64,000 nucleotides of DNA from Candidatus Thorarchaeota archaeon (lineage in GTDB: Archaea; Asgardarchaeota; Thorarchaeia; Thorarchaeales; Thorarchaeaceae), in assembly GCA_048882045.1 (NCBI GenBank), contig JBHLRZ010000004.1:85257-149256 (forward strand), read 5' to 3'. Below the pieces are notes generated by a model. The model saw nothing but the letters and a program-made list of their open reading frames with translations, made no database searches and was not told the DNA's origin. Positions 63,842 to 64,000 of the stretch are shown here, in pieces (position 1 is the stretch's first letter; every line of letters starts with the position of its first letter). Both the position numbers and the translations under genes were made by a program.

Positions 63842-64000
63842 ATGACTCGTTCATGCACAGTCTGTAGGGGAAAATCCAAGATTCGATGTGACCGTTGCAG
63901 AAATGAGTTTTGTCAAGACCATGCAATGAAGTGTTCGTCATGTGGTACAATAACATGCATTCGTGACCTCAATCGAAAGACAATCTGTCCAGCATGTCAC
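63842..64000 (+). CDS. Cys-rich zinc-finger protein, C-terminus beyond window
   Basis: ATG 63842 opens 53 codons to the window end: MTRSCTVCRGKSKIRCDRCRNEFCQDHAMKCSSCGTITCIRDLNRKTICPACH (spacing C-x2-C-x7-C-x2-C-x4-C-x2-H...). Confidence 0.4.
   Translation, partial: MTRSCTVCRGKSKIRCDRCRNEFCQDHAMKCSSCGTITCIRDLNRKTICPACH

Overview
Gene-dense segment of about 65 ORFs with short or overlapping intergenic regions. It looks like the chromosome of an uncultured archaeon. That call rests on TTTAAAT TATA-like boxes upstream of several genes, a RadB-like RecA paralog, a RecJ/GAN-type DHH phosphoesterase, a Zn-finger Ski2-like helicase, many zinc-ribbon and TPR proteins, and surface proteins with Thr-rich linkers plus C-terminal anchors. 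A guess at an Asgard-like or related lineage is inference only. I saw no rRNA, tRNA, CRISPR array, transposase or integrase. Recognisable content: (1) a complete bacterial-type nucleotide-excision-repair locus, uvrB-uvrA-uvrA'-(membrane and TPR genes)-uvrC at 19.6-30.5 kb, with two full-length tandem uvrA paralogs and a P-loop-less RadB-like gene just upstream; (2) purine and methionine salvage plus housekeeping enzymes at 37-48 kb (MazG-like, nitrilase-family, MTAP, PRTase, NUDIX, HAD, cupin, B3/B4); (3) two adjacent giant FtsX-type permeases with no ATPase gene nearby; (4) several large secreted repeat proteins (SBBP propeller, HKD/PLD enzyme, a 1432-aa Asp-box/BNR protein); (5) local duplications (Cys-rich mini membrane proteins, ferredoxins with a 50-nt identical block, a decayed gene copy). 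The most interesting unexplained region is a co-directional block of unrecognisable ORFs at 53.1-56.4 kb leading into an 872-aa Zn-finger Ski2-like helicase. Other notable items are a PRMT-like methyltransferase with a conserved double-E loop, and a stand-alone HerA/FtsK-like ATPase with a K/E-rich coiled coil. All family calls come from motif recognition by eye. No searches were run.
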